Made by a program: the position numbers and the translations under genes
In this document: positions 8,090 through 16,900 of the stretch, piece after piece
Layout of the letters: each line of letters begins with the position of its first letter
Numbering within the stretch: the first letter of the stretch is position 1
Virus record (IMG/VR): IMGVR_UViG_3300028194_000280
Coordinates: 1-26,197 of that record
Length of the DNA stretch: 26,197 nucleotides
Source: a virus
Taxonomy: Duplodnaviria > Caudoviricetes
Reading direction: 5' to 3' (one strand)
The notes under the pieces: model-generated
The model's input: only the letters and a program-made list of their open reading frames with translations
Told to the model about the DNA's origin: nothing
The model's database searches: none

Positions 8090-9262
8090 TCAGAAGAAAT
8101 AAAAGAAACAAAAGGAGGAGAATTAACACAAGGAGAATTTAAGGTAAAGAAAAAACCAAAAAAACTTGCTAAAAAACAAGAGGATTCAAAAGTTGATTTA
8201 AGTAAGACTAAAGAAAAAGAAGAAATTAAAGAAACACCTAAAGTTGATTTAAAAGAAACTCCTAAAGTTAATTTAAAAGAAGTAAAAGAAGAGGTTAAAG
8301 AAGAAGTAAAAGAAGATACTAAAGAAGAAGTAATAAAAACTAATAAAGACACTTCAAACCCAATATCTGTAATAGATAAAAAAGAAGATATTGAAGAACC
8401 TAAAAAAGAGATAGTAACTAAAGTAGATACTCCTAAAATAGAACTTCCAGAAAATGTTGAAAAACTAGTTAGTTTTATGAAAGAAACTGGTGGTACAGTC
8501 GAAGACTACGTTAGACTAAATAGAGATTACTCTTCTATAGATGAAGATACTCTACTTAAAGAATACTATAAAAATACTAAACCACATCTAAATCAAGAGG
8601 AAGTTAATTTCATTATGGAAGACAACTTTTCGTATGATGAAGAAATGGACGAAGAGCGAGATATAAAGAAAAAGAAACTCGCTTTTAAAGAAGAAATTGC
8701 TAAGGCCAAAAACTTTTTGGAAGACACCAAGAGTAAATATTACGACGAGATCAAGTTGAGACCGGGCGTTACTCAGGAACAACAAAAAGCTATGGACTTT
8801 TTCAATAGATACAATAAAGAAGTACAACAAGAGAAAACTTTACACGAATCATTTTTAAACACTACTAAAGAATACTTATCTGAGGATTTCAAAGGTTTTG
8901 AGTTTAACTTAGGTGATAAAAACTTTAGATATGGTGTAAATGACGTAAAAAAAGTAGCTGAACAACAGTCAGATATAGCCAATTTTATCCAGAAGTTCAT
9001 GGGTGAAGATGGGAGTATAAAAGACTATAAAGGTTACCACAAAGCTATATATGCAGCACAAAACTCCGATACGATAGCGCAGCATTTTTATGAACAAGGT
9101 AAAGCCGATGGCATTAAAGACCTTGTAAATAAATCTAAAAATATAGAAACAGCTTCTAGACCTCAAAATAACGGAGATATTTTTATAGGTGGTTTTAAAG
9201 TAAAGTCAGTATCAGGTGTTGATAGTTCTAAATTAAAAATACAAAAGAGAAATAAAAACTAA
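8087..9262 (+). CDS. Putative capsid scaffolding protein
   Basis: Between portal and MCP; highly charged low-complexity Glu/Lys N-terminus, helical core, and HFYEQGKADG motif near the C-terminus. Confidence 0.7.
   Translation: MSEEIKETKGGELTQGEFKVKKKPKKLAKKQEDSKVDLSKTKEKEEIKETPKVDLKETPKVNLKEVKEEVKEEVKEDTKEEVIKTNKDTSNPISVIDKKEDIEEPKKEIVTKVDTPKIELPENVEKLVSFMKETGGTVEDYVRLNRDYSSIDEDTLLKEYYKNTKPHLNQEEVNFIMEDNFSYDEEMDEERDIKKKKLAFKEEIAKAKNFLEDTKSKYYDEIKLRPGVTQEQQKAMDFFNRYNKEVQQEKTLHESFLNTTKEYLSEDFKGFEFNLGDKNFRYGVNDVKKVAEQQSDIANFIQKFMGEDGSIKDYKGYHKAIYAAQNSDTIAQHFYEQGKADGIKDLVNKSKNIETASRPQNNGDIFIGGFKVKSVSGVDSSKLKIQKRNKN
8228..8332 (+). repeat. Coding tandem repeats in the scaffold gene (2 x 24 bp KETPKV(D/N)L, then degenerate 12-bp KEEV units)
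   Basis: aaagaaacacctaaagttgattta (8228-8251) and aaagaaactcctaaagttaattta (8252-8275), followed by KEVKEEVKEEVKEDTKEEV. Confidence 0.85.
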
Positions 9263-9274
9263 AAACTAAAAATT

Positions 9275-10735
9275 ATGAGTTTATCTGGTGGGAGTTTTCC
9301 CGCAAGTATAGTTCCTTCACAAGCTAGAATGACAACAATTGGAAACTTCTTAGATTTCAATTCGTCAGGTGGTGGTGGAACTTTCGCACAACAATATCTT
9401 CCTGAGCTTTATGAGCAAGAAGTGGAGAGATACGGAAACAGGACTTTGTCTGGTTTCTTGAGAATGGTAGGAGCTGAAATGCCTATGACTTCTGATCAAG
9501 TAATTTGGTCTGAACAAAATAGATTACACGTAGCCTACAAAGGACTAGAAGCTAATATTACTGGTCCAGCTAGTGCTGTTTATACAATTGAGCCTGATTT
9601 AACAGATACAGAAACAACTGAAATAGCTATTAGAGTAGGTCAAACTGTTCTTTTATCTGATCAAGCTACTGGTTTAGTAACTGCTAAAGTTTATGTAACT
9701 AGTTTAACTACAAGTAACACTAAATTTACTGCTAAAGTATACGGTGCTGACACACTACCTGCTGGTTTATTAAATACAAAAGGTATTAACATGTTTGTAT
9801 ACGGTTCTGAATTTAAAAAAGGAACACCTGGTATGGACGGTTCTATTGAGCCATCTTTTACTCAGTATGCTAATAGACCTGTAATTATCAAAGATAAGTA
9901 CGAAATCAACGGTTCTGATACTGCTCAAATTGGGTGGGTTGAAGTTGCTACTGAAGACGGAACATCTGGATACTTATGGTATCTAAAAGCTGAGTCTGAA
10001 ACTAGATTACGTTTTGAAGATTATCTTGAAATGATGATGGTTGAAGGTGTTGATTCAAAACTAGCTAATGGTAATGCTTCTTCTTTATCTGGAGACAATA
10101 TACTAGGTACTGAAGGTATGTTTGCTGCTATTGAAAAAAGAGGTAATATATACTCTGGATTTTCTGGTGCTGCTGCTCCTGGTTCAGGTGCTTTAGGTGA
10201 TTTTGATGAAATTCTTAAAAACTTAGATAAGCAAGGTGCTATTGAAGAAAACATGTTATTTTTATCAAGATCTACGGCTCTTGACTTTGATGATATGATC
10301 GGCGCTATGGCTGGTGGAGGTTATGCTTCTACTCAAGCTGCTTCTTATGGTTTATTTGATAACGAATCAGAAATGGCATTAAACTTTGGATTTTCAGGAT
10401 TCAGAAGAGGTTCTTATGACTTCTACAAGACTGACTGGAAATACTTAAACGATGCTTCTACAAGAGGATTAGACAAAGAGATTGATGGTGTTTTAGTTCC
10501 TGCTGGAACTTCAACAGTATACGATCAAATGTTAGGATCTAACATTAGACGTCCTTTCTTACACGTAAGATATAGAGCTTCTGAAACTGAAGATCGAAGA
10601 TTTAAAAACTGGATTACTGGTTCAGTTGGAGGAGCTTACACTTCTGATTTAGATGCAATGTCTGTACATTTCTTATCTGAAAGATGTTTAGTAACTCAAG
10701 CTGCTAATAACTTCGTGTTGTTCAAAGGAGCTTAA
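9275..10735 (+). CDS. Major capsid protein
   Basis: 486 aa after the scaffold; QQYLPELYEQEVERYGNRT, WSEQNRLH, YLWYLKAESETRLRFEDYLE and terminal HFLSERCLVTQAANNFVLF motifs; many GCT/GGT/ACT codons suggest high expression. Confidence 0.85.
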   Translation: MSLSGGSFPASIVPSQARMTTIGNFLDFNSSGGGGTFAQQYLPELYEQEVERYGNRTLSGFLRMVGAEMPMTSDQVIWSEQNRLHVAYKGLEANITGPASAVYTIEPDLTDTETTEIAIRVGQTVLLSDQATGLVTAKVYVTSLTTSNTKFTAKVYGADTLPAGLLNTKGINMFVYGSEFKKGTPGMDGSIEPSFTQYANRPVIIKDKYEINGSDTAQIGWVEVATEDGTSGYLWYLKAESETRLRFEDYLEMMMVEGVDSKLANGNASSLSGDNILGTEGMFAAIEKRGNIYSGFSGAAAPGSGALGDFDEILKNLDKQGAIEENMLFLSRSTALDFDDMIGAMAGGGYASTQAASYGLFDNESEMALNFGFSGFRRGSYDFYKTDWKYLNDASTRGLDKEIDGVLVPAGTSTVYDQMLGSNIRRPFLHVRYRASETEDRRFKNWITGSVGGAYTSDLDAMSVHFLSERCLVTQAANNFVLFKGA

Positions 10736-10764
10736 TTAATTATTAACATTTAAAAATAAGAAAA

Positions 10765-11163
10765 ATGAGTTATATAAAACTAAAAAAAGCAGGTGGTGCT
10801 TTTGATTTAATACCAGTTGATAACATTGTATATGTTAAAGGCACAGAAGGTGCTGCTGAAACAGGATCAGGTAATGGTCTTGCTCCATTTGTTGAAATAG
10901 TACAAAACACTACGATACAGTCTACTGATGGACTAGATTTACTTGCTAACAAAGTAATAGTAGGACCTGCTACAGGTGTTGCTGCTACTACTGGAGCTGT
11001 AGCAATAATGCAAAATGCGGTTAACGCTGCAATTGTAGCTGCTGCTCAAGCTGAAGGCTTAGTAGTTGCTGTAGACTTTGGTGCTATTCTTAATGAAGCA
11101 AATTACACTGGAACAACTTCGGATGTTACTAGTGCTGCTCCTATAGCATATGCTATGACGTAA
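10765..11163 (+). CDS. Putative capsid decoration/auxiliary protein
   Basis: 132 aa, Ala/Val/Thr/Gly-rich, lies between the MCP and a strong terminator, similar codon bias to the MCP. Function is inferred from position. Confidence 0.5.
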   Translation: MSYIKLKKAGGAFDLIPVDNIVYVKGTEGAAETGSGNGLAPFVEIVQNTTIQSTDGLDLLANKVIVGPATGVAATTGAVAIMQNAVNAAIVAAAQAEGLVVAVDFGAILNEANYTGTTSDVTSAAPIAYAMT

Positions 11164-11176
11164 GTCAATAAAATGT

Positions 11177-11204
11177 AAGATCCCGCTTCGGCGGGGTCTT
11201 TTTT
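11177..11204 (+). terminator. Rho-independent terminator after the capsid genes
   Basis: Stem AAGATCCCGC / GCGGGGTCTT (one G-U pair) with a C(UUCG)G tetraloop, followed by a T run. Confidence 0.9.
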
Positions 11205-11229
11205 AATTATTATATTATATTATATTATG
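11203..11229 (+). promoter_or_regulatory. TTAATTATTATATTATATTATATT-ATG leader (copy 2)
   Basis: Same as 8068-8089 with one extra ATATT unit; begins immediately after the terminator. Confidence 0.55.
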
Positions 11230-12012
11230 GAAACAAAAACAAAGAAAGCTCCTGCCCCCAAGCAAGAGGTTAAAAAAGACACTTGGGAATATAAAGATAG
11301 AAACTATTACTTAACAGGTAATAAAGAACCTTTAACATATACTTTACCATCTAAACACTCTAGGAAATATCCTTTAGTTTGGTTTGATAAAGATTTAGGA
11401 TATGAAAGAGAATTAAGATATGCTACTAATCAAAAAAGTATTTTTGTAGATGAACAAAATGGTCCAGTGACTATGAAGCATATAGTTTTTGAAAAAGGAC
11501 ATTTGTTTGTTGGAAAAGAAAAAAGAAATTTACAAGAGTTTTTAAATCATCATCCGCATTTTCAATTAATATTTACAGAGTTTGACAGAACTGAAGTTGC
11601 TAAAGATGAAGTTGCAGATTTAGAACTTGAAGTTTTAGCTATGAATGCAGCTTTACAAATGGATATTGAAATGGCAGAAGCTATATTAAGAGTTGAACTA
11701 GGCTCTAGTGTGAACTCAATGAGTTCTAAAGAACTAAAAAGAGATCTTTTAGTATTTGCTAGAAGAAATCCAACTTTATTTATAGAATTAGCTAATGACG
11801 ATAATGTACAATTAAGAAACTTTGCTATTAAAGCAAGAGAAAATGGAATTATAAATATATCTGACGATCAAAGAACCTTTACTTGGGCAAGCACAGGTCG
11901 TAAGTTAATAACAGTACCTTTTGATGAAAACCCATATTCAGCACTAGCTGCGTGGTTTAAAACGGACGAAGGTCTTGATGTTTATAAATCTATTGAGAAA
12001 AAAAATAAATAA
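11227..12012 (+). CDS. Phage hypothetical protein in the structural region
   Basis: 261 aa, RELRYATNQKSIFVDEQ motif; flanked by two terminators, so it looks like its own transcription unit. Confidence 0.8.
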   Translation: METKTKKAPAPKQEVKKDTWEYKDRNYYLTGNKEPLTYTLPSKHSRKYPLVWFDKDLGYERELRYATNQKSIFVDEQNGPVTMKHIVFEKGHLFVGKEKRNLQEFLNHHPHFQLIFTEFDRTEVAKDEVADLELEVLAMNAALQMDIEMAEAILRVELGSSVNSMSSKELKRDLLVFARRNPTLFIELANDDNVQLRNFAIKARENGIINISDDQRTFTWASTGRKLITVPFDENPYSALAAWFKTDEGLDVYKSIEKKNK

Positions 12013-12024
12013 CAAGTGATTATA
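12011..12024 (+). promoter_or_regulatory. AACAAGTGATTATA motif (candidate phage promoter or operator, copy 1)
   Basis: 13/14 identical to intergenic 17711-17724. Confidence 0.4.
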
Positions 12025-12027
12025 ATT

Positions 12028-12058
12028 AAAGGTGGTTTAATCGCCACCTTTTTTTTTT
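12028..12058 (+). terminator. Rho-independent terminator
   Basis: AAAGGTGGT-TTAATC-GCCACCTTT hairpin followed by a long T run. Confidence 0.85.
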
Positions 12059-12069
12059 AAAAAATTAAA

Positions 12070-12783
12070 ATGGCTAAATTAAACGTAAACACTGTATACA
12101 CTACAGTATTGACTATACTAAACAAAGAACAACGTGGTTATTTAACTCCAGATGAGTTTGGTAAAGTAGCTGCACAAGTTCAATTAGAAATCTTTGAAAA
12201 GTTTTTTGAAGATTATAATCAATTATTACGTATGCCAAAAACAGATGTGGAATTCGCTTCTAGGATTGACCACATGAGAGAGGATTTTCAAATATTTGAA
12301 AAAAATAACGATGCCTCTGCTGTTACAGATAACATATACACTCAGCCAACAGACTTACATAGATTTGGTTCAGCTATTTACAATAGAGGATTAAATTCAC
12401 CGGCAATAGAGATAATAAGTTCAAGAGACTACAGAAAACAAATATTATCTCCTTTAACACAACCTACAACTAATTTTCCTATAGCTCAGTATAAAGATGA
12501 TAAATTAACAGTGTTTCCAAAAGTATCAACACCTTTAGCTACAGACGTTACTTTTAACTATATTAGAAAGCCAGTTGATCCTGTTTGGGCTTTCACAATA
12601 GGTGGTGTTGGTCAATACGTTTACGATTCAGTAAACTCTGTTCAATTTGAAATAGACGAAAGCAATCAACCACAAGTTGTATTAGAGATATTAAAATACA
12701 CTGGAGTAATAATAAGAGATCCTCAAATAATGCAAGCAGCAGGTCAACAGCTAGCTAGTGATGAAGCTAATAAAAAAAGATAA
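12070..12783 (+). CDS. Head-tail adaptor / ring protein
   Basis: 237 aa; VY.TVL.ILNKEQRGYLTPDEF...A..VQ N-terminal helices and YIRKP.DP.W motif; first gene of the tail module. Confidence 0.6.
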   Translation: MAKLNVNTVYTTVLTILNKEQRGYLTPDEFGKVAAQVQLEIFEKFFEDYNQLLRMPKTDVEFASRIDHMREDFQIFEKNNDASAVTDNIYTQPTDLHRFGSAIYNRGLNSPAIEIISSRDYRKQILSPLTQPTTNFPIAQYKDDKLTVFPKVSTPLATDVTFNYIRKPVDPVWAFTIGGVGQYVYDSVNSVQFEIDESNQPQVVLEILKYTGVIIRDPQIMQAAGQQLASDEANKKR

Positions 12784-12786
12784 TAA

Positions 12787-13968
12787 ATGGGACTAATAAC
12801 AGAAACTAACGCGCAGTATTACTCAGGTCAACAAGATTTTCCTGCTTTAACAACTACGGGAAATCAAACTTTTAATTGCACGTTTAACACTAATGTTTTT
12901 AGTGCTTTTAATAGCACAGGTGTTCAAGTTAGTACAGCGTCTAATTACATTATATATATAAACACTTCTCCAGGCTTTACTGGATATGTAGCTCAAGCTG
13001 AGAGCCAATCATATGTATCTGACCCTATAAACAACATAATAACCTTAAGAGGCAGCACTTTTGTAGTAGGATCATTAGTGTATGTGCAGCTTAAACAACC
13101 TGCTATAAATGCTAATTACGGTAGCTATGAATATGTTAGCTTAACAGATATAGTAAATAACTTCATGGTTGCTTACGTAGGCATAGACAAGTTAATACCT
13201 AGAGTAAAAAGATCTGACGTTATATTTCACGCTAAAAGAGGTTTACAAGAATTTAGTTATGATACTTTAAAATCAGTTAACTCACAAGAATTAACAATAC
13301 CACCTAGCTTAGGAGTTCCAATACCTCAAGGATACGTTAATTACGTAGCTTGTTATTGGGTTGATTTAGGTGGAGTTCAACACCCAATATATCCAGTAAA
13401 TAACTTAACCTCTAACCCAACTGAGCTTCCTATACAAGATGCTTTAGGTGTGCCAACACAAAACGGTTTAGGAGATAACAACTTAGCAGAACAATCCCTT
13501 GTTGAAGACAGATGGTCTAAGCAAAACCTAGGTCAGGTTACAGGTGAAATTGATAGGCAAAATGTAAATGTTTACAGTCATGATTGGTGGAAATTGAATT
13601 TTGGTCAAAGATATGGATTAGAACCTCAATACTCTCAAATAAACGGTTGGTTTAGTATAAACCAAAGGCTAGGTACTTTTTCGTTTTCTAGCAACTTAGT
13701 AGGTAAGATTATAGTTTTACAATATATATCAGATGGTTTAGCTTATGATATGAATTCTAAAGTGCCTAAGATGGCCGAGGACGCATTATATGCTCATATA
13801 AACTATTCTATATTATCTTCAAAAGCTAACACTCAAGAGTATATAGTTCAAAGATACAAAAGAGATAGATCATCTAAATTAAGAAATGCTAAAATAAGAT
13901 TATCAAACATAAAACTTACTGAAATAGTTCAAGTTATGAGGGGTAAATCTAAACAAATTAAACATTAA
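12787..13968 (+). CDS. Tail ring / structural protein with N-terminal beta-rich domain
   Basis: 393 aa; DVIFHAKRGLQEFSYD, P..YVNYV, L.YISDG..VPKMAEDALYA motifs of the adaptor/ring type. Confidence 0.6.
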   Translation: MGLITETNAQYYSGQQDFPALTTTGNQTFNCTFNTNVFSAFNSTGVQVSTASNYIIYINTSPGFTGYVAQAESQSYVSDPINNIITLRGSTFVVGSLVYVQLKQPAINANYGSYEYVSLTDIVNNFMVAYVGIDKLIPRVKRSDVIFHAKRGLQEFSYDTLKSVNSQELTIPPSLGVPIPQGYVNYVACYWVDLGGVQHPIYPVNNLTSNPTELPIQDALGVPTQNGLGDNNLAEQSLVEDRWSKQNLGQVTGEIDRQNVNVYSHDWWKLNFGQRYGLEPQYSQINGWFSINQRLGTFSFSSNLVGKIIVLQYISDGLAYDMNSKVPKMAEDALYAHINYSILSSKANTQEYIVQRYKRDRSSKLRNAKIRLSNIKLTEIVQVMRGKSKQIKH

Positions 13969-13972
13969 TTAA

Positions 13973-16900
13973 ATGGCTAAAGTACAAAACACTTTTATTA
14001 AGTCTAGAATGAATAAAGACTTAGACGATAGACTATTGTCTAATGGCGAATATAGAAATGCTCAAAATGTAAGTGTAAGTAGATCAGAAGGCGAAGACGT
14101 TGGTGCTTTAGAAAATATTTTAGGTAATTTATTAAAAACAAACTTTGGGTTAAGTACTGTTAGCGGCCTTACGTCTATAGGTAAGTACATGGATATATCT
14201 AATGACAGAATTATAGTTTTTTTAACAAACTACAGTGATACTACTAGTGATCAACTCTCAAGACAAGCTCCAGGAGGTTCTACTTGCTATATTGTTTCAT
14301 ACAATACCTTGTTAGACACTTATGATGTATTAGTAAAAGGAGTATTTTTAAATTTTTCTACTACTCATCTTATTTTAGGAATAAGTCTTATAGAGGATTT
14401 GTTATTTTGGACGGATGATAGAAATCAACCTAGAAAAATAAATGTAAAAACAGCTGCTTCAGATTCAAGTTACTACACTACAGAAGATCAAATATCAGTA
14501 GCTAAATATTACCCATATAAAACGCCTAAACTAACTAAAACAATAGACGGTGTTGGCAAAATAACATCAAATATTTTAATAGGATCAACCGCTAATCTAA
14601 TAGAAGGCATGTACTTGTCTTTTGTAGGTTTAGATAAAAATATTCAAGTTAGAATTAAAAAAATTAATTCAAGCAATCAAGCTCTTTTAGAAACTTTTGA
14701 TACTAATCCAAGAAATCCTATATCTCCTATTATCGATACTACATGGAGATCAATAACTTACACTTCAACTTCAATGCTTGATACTGTTAGTGAGTATTTA
14801 CCGCCTTCATTTACAGCATATGGCGTGCCGATAAAAGCTACTTCAATCTTAACAGCTGTTAATCCCACAAGTAGGATTCTTATTAGAGCAGCTAATATAA
14901 CAGGGCAAGATATCAATATAATAGAAGTGGGTATGGGAGTTACTTGTGGAAGTTTTCTTACTGATGTATTTGTTCAATCAGTTGCATTAGGAAGTGGAGG
15001 TGCTGTAGTGAATTTAAATAAACCAATACCTCCTAGAACAGGATTTTTTCCAAATGCATCATCATCAGATGTTGCTTTTATGTTTCATTATAAAAACCCA
15101 AATTATGAAGCTAATTGGCCTGGAGATAAAGAGTTTTTAACAGATAGATTTGTTAGATTTGCTTATAGGTTTAAATTTGACGATGGTGAATATTCTTTAA
15201 TATCTCCATTCACGCAACCAGCTTTTATACCAAAGCAAGATGGATACGTGCTTTCAGTGCCCGTTGGCGAATCAGCTGGAGTCAAGCAAAGCCAAGAAGT
15301 GGCAATGTCTAGAAGTACTATAGTTCAGTTTTTTGAAAATAAAGTTACAAACGTTACTTTGAATATAGAAACTCCTTACCGCGTAAATCAATTAGACACT
15401 GCTTTAAAAGTAAAAGAAATAGATATTCTTTATAAAGAGTCAAACGGTTTAGCTTTTAAAGTTTTAGAAACAGTATCTGTTACCGACACCTCTATATCTT
15501 CTAATTCAAGTTATGTCTACACTTATGAATATCAATCAAGAAGACCAACAAAAGTTCTTCCAGAAAGAGAAACAACAAGAGTTTATGATAAAATACCAGT
15601 AAGAGCTAAGTCTCAGTCATCTTCTGGAAACAGAGTTATATATGGTAATTTCTATGACAAACATACTCCACCATTAACTTTAGACTTTGGAGTTGCTATA
15701 AGTAATAAAAGTAGTGCTGGCTCTGCCTCTGTTGGTGGATCTATAATATTAGGTACATATACTCCTAATACTGATATTAATTATCCATATAACGCTCAGG
15801 CTCCAATTCCAATATCTAGTAGTAATCAAACTGCAACTTTTGAAATAATAACTTCATCAAAAGCAGATAATGTAATAATTTGTTTAAGTGGAGGTAGTGG
15901 TTATTCAATTGGCGATGTAATTACTTTTAATACTTCAGGTTTACCAGGCTCTACTGGCACTTTGACTTTTATATTAACTGCTTTAAATTTAAATAGTGCT
16001 ACAGCTCTTATAGGTGCTGGTTCTAATGTAGAGTACCCTACTGCAACATTAAAACAAAACAGAACATATCAAGTTGGTTTAATACTTTCTGATAGATATG
16101 GAAGACAATCTGACGTAATACAGTCTAGTATTGGAAATAATACTATAGTTCATAACGGTACAACATTTAAAGGATCTACAGTTTATGCCCCTTACACAGA
16201 AGATAATCCTTTTTATTGGTTTGGAAATTCTTTGAAAATTTGTTTTAACAGCAAGATACCAGAAACGATAACATATGCAGATGGATATCCTGGCTTGTAT
16301 GATAGTGGAAAAAGAAATTTAAGAGCTGTTTCTTTTACTTCAGATGGAGTTAACACTATATATACTTTACAATCTTGGAATGATTTTATAGCTCTTGGTT
16401 CTACAGTTTCTGGAGTTAGTATCAATGGCGCTTATACTTCAATTATATTAAATTTTTCAAAAAGCGCTAAAACAATAACAATACAAGGTGAGCATGACTT
16501 GTCTCCCGGTATTTATGCCAACGTTACTTTATTTACAGAAGCTAATCCTCTTGGTTGGTATTCTTACAAAGTTGTTGTAAAACAAACTCAGCAAGACTAT
16601 TACAATGTTTATGTTCCTAATATATTAAGCGGAGAACCAAAAAGTTATAAAGATAGAGCTAAAGCAACTAGTTCTTCTTCCACTAGTTATATTACATTGA
16701 TAAGTGATAATATAAATAAAATTCCGCCAGATCTGCAAGAAGTTCAACCTGAGCAAACTAATTTCCCTTCTAGTGATTCTATTTTATATCCAAGAGTTGC
16801 AAATCCTAACTTGTTTGTAGGTAGTATAACTGGAAGAACACCTACGGTAGTTGCTAGTTCAACTACTCCAGGTGATGAATTAGAACCATATAATAGTGTT

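Noticed and set aside
2111-8332. CRISPR-like array or tRNA genes suggested by the repeats
   Set aside because: The repeats are short contiguous units without spacers, and intergenic gaps are too short (under about 65 bp) to hold a tRNA or array.
3440-10735. Introns, inteins or homing endonucleases in terL, portal or MCP
   Set aside because: ORFs are continuous and of ordinary length, and no intein splice-junction or LAGLIDADG/HNH/GIY-YIG motifs were seen.
10733-10765. Read-through or frameshift extension of the MCP into the downstream gene
   Set aside because: The MCP TAA is followed by another in-frame TAA within six codons, no obvious slippery heptamer is present, and the next gene has its own A-rich leader.
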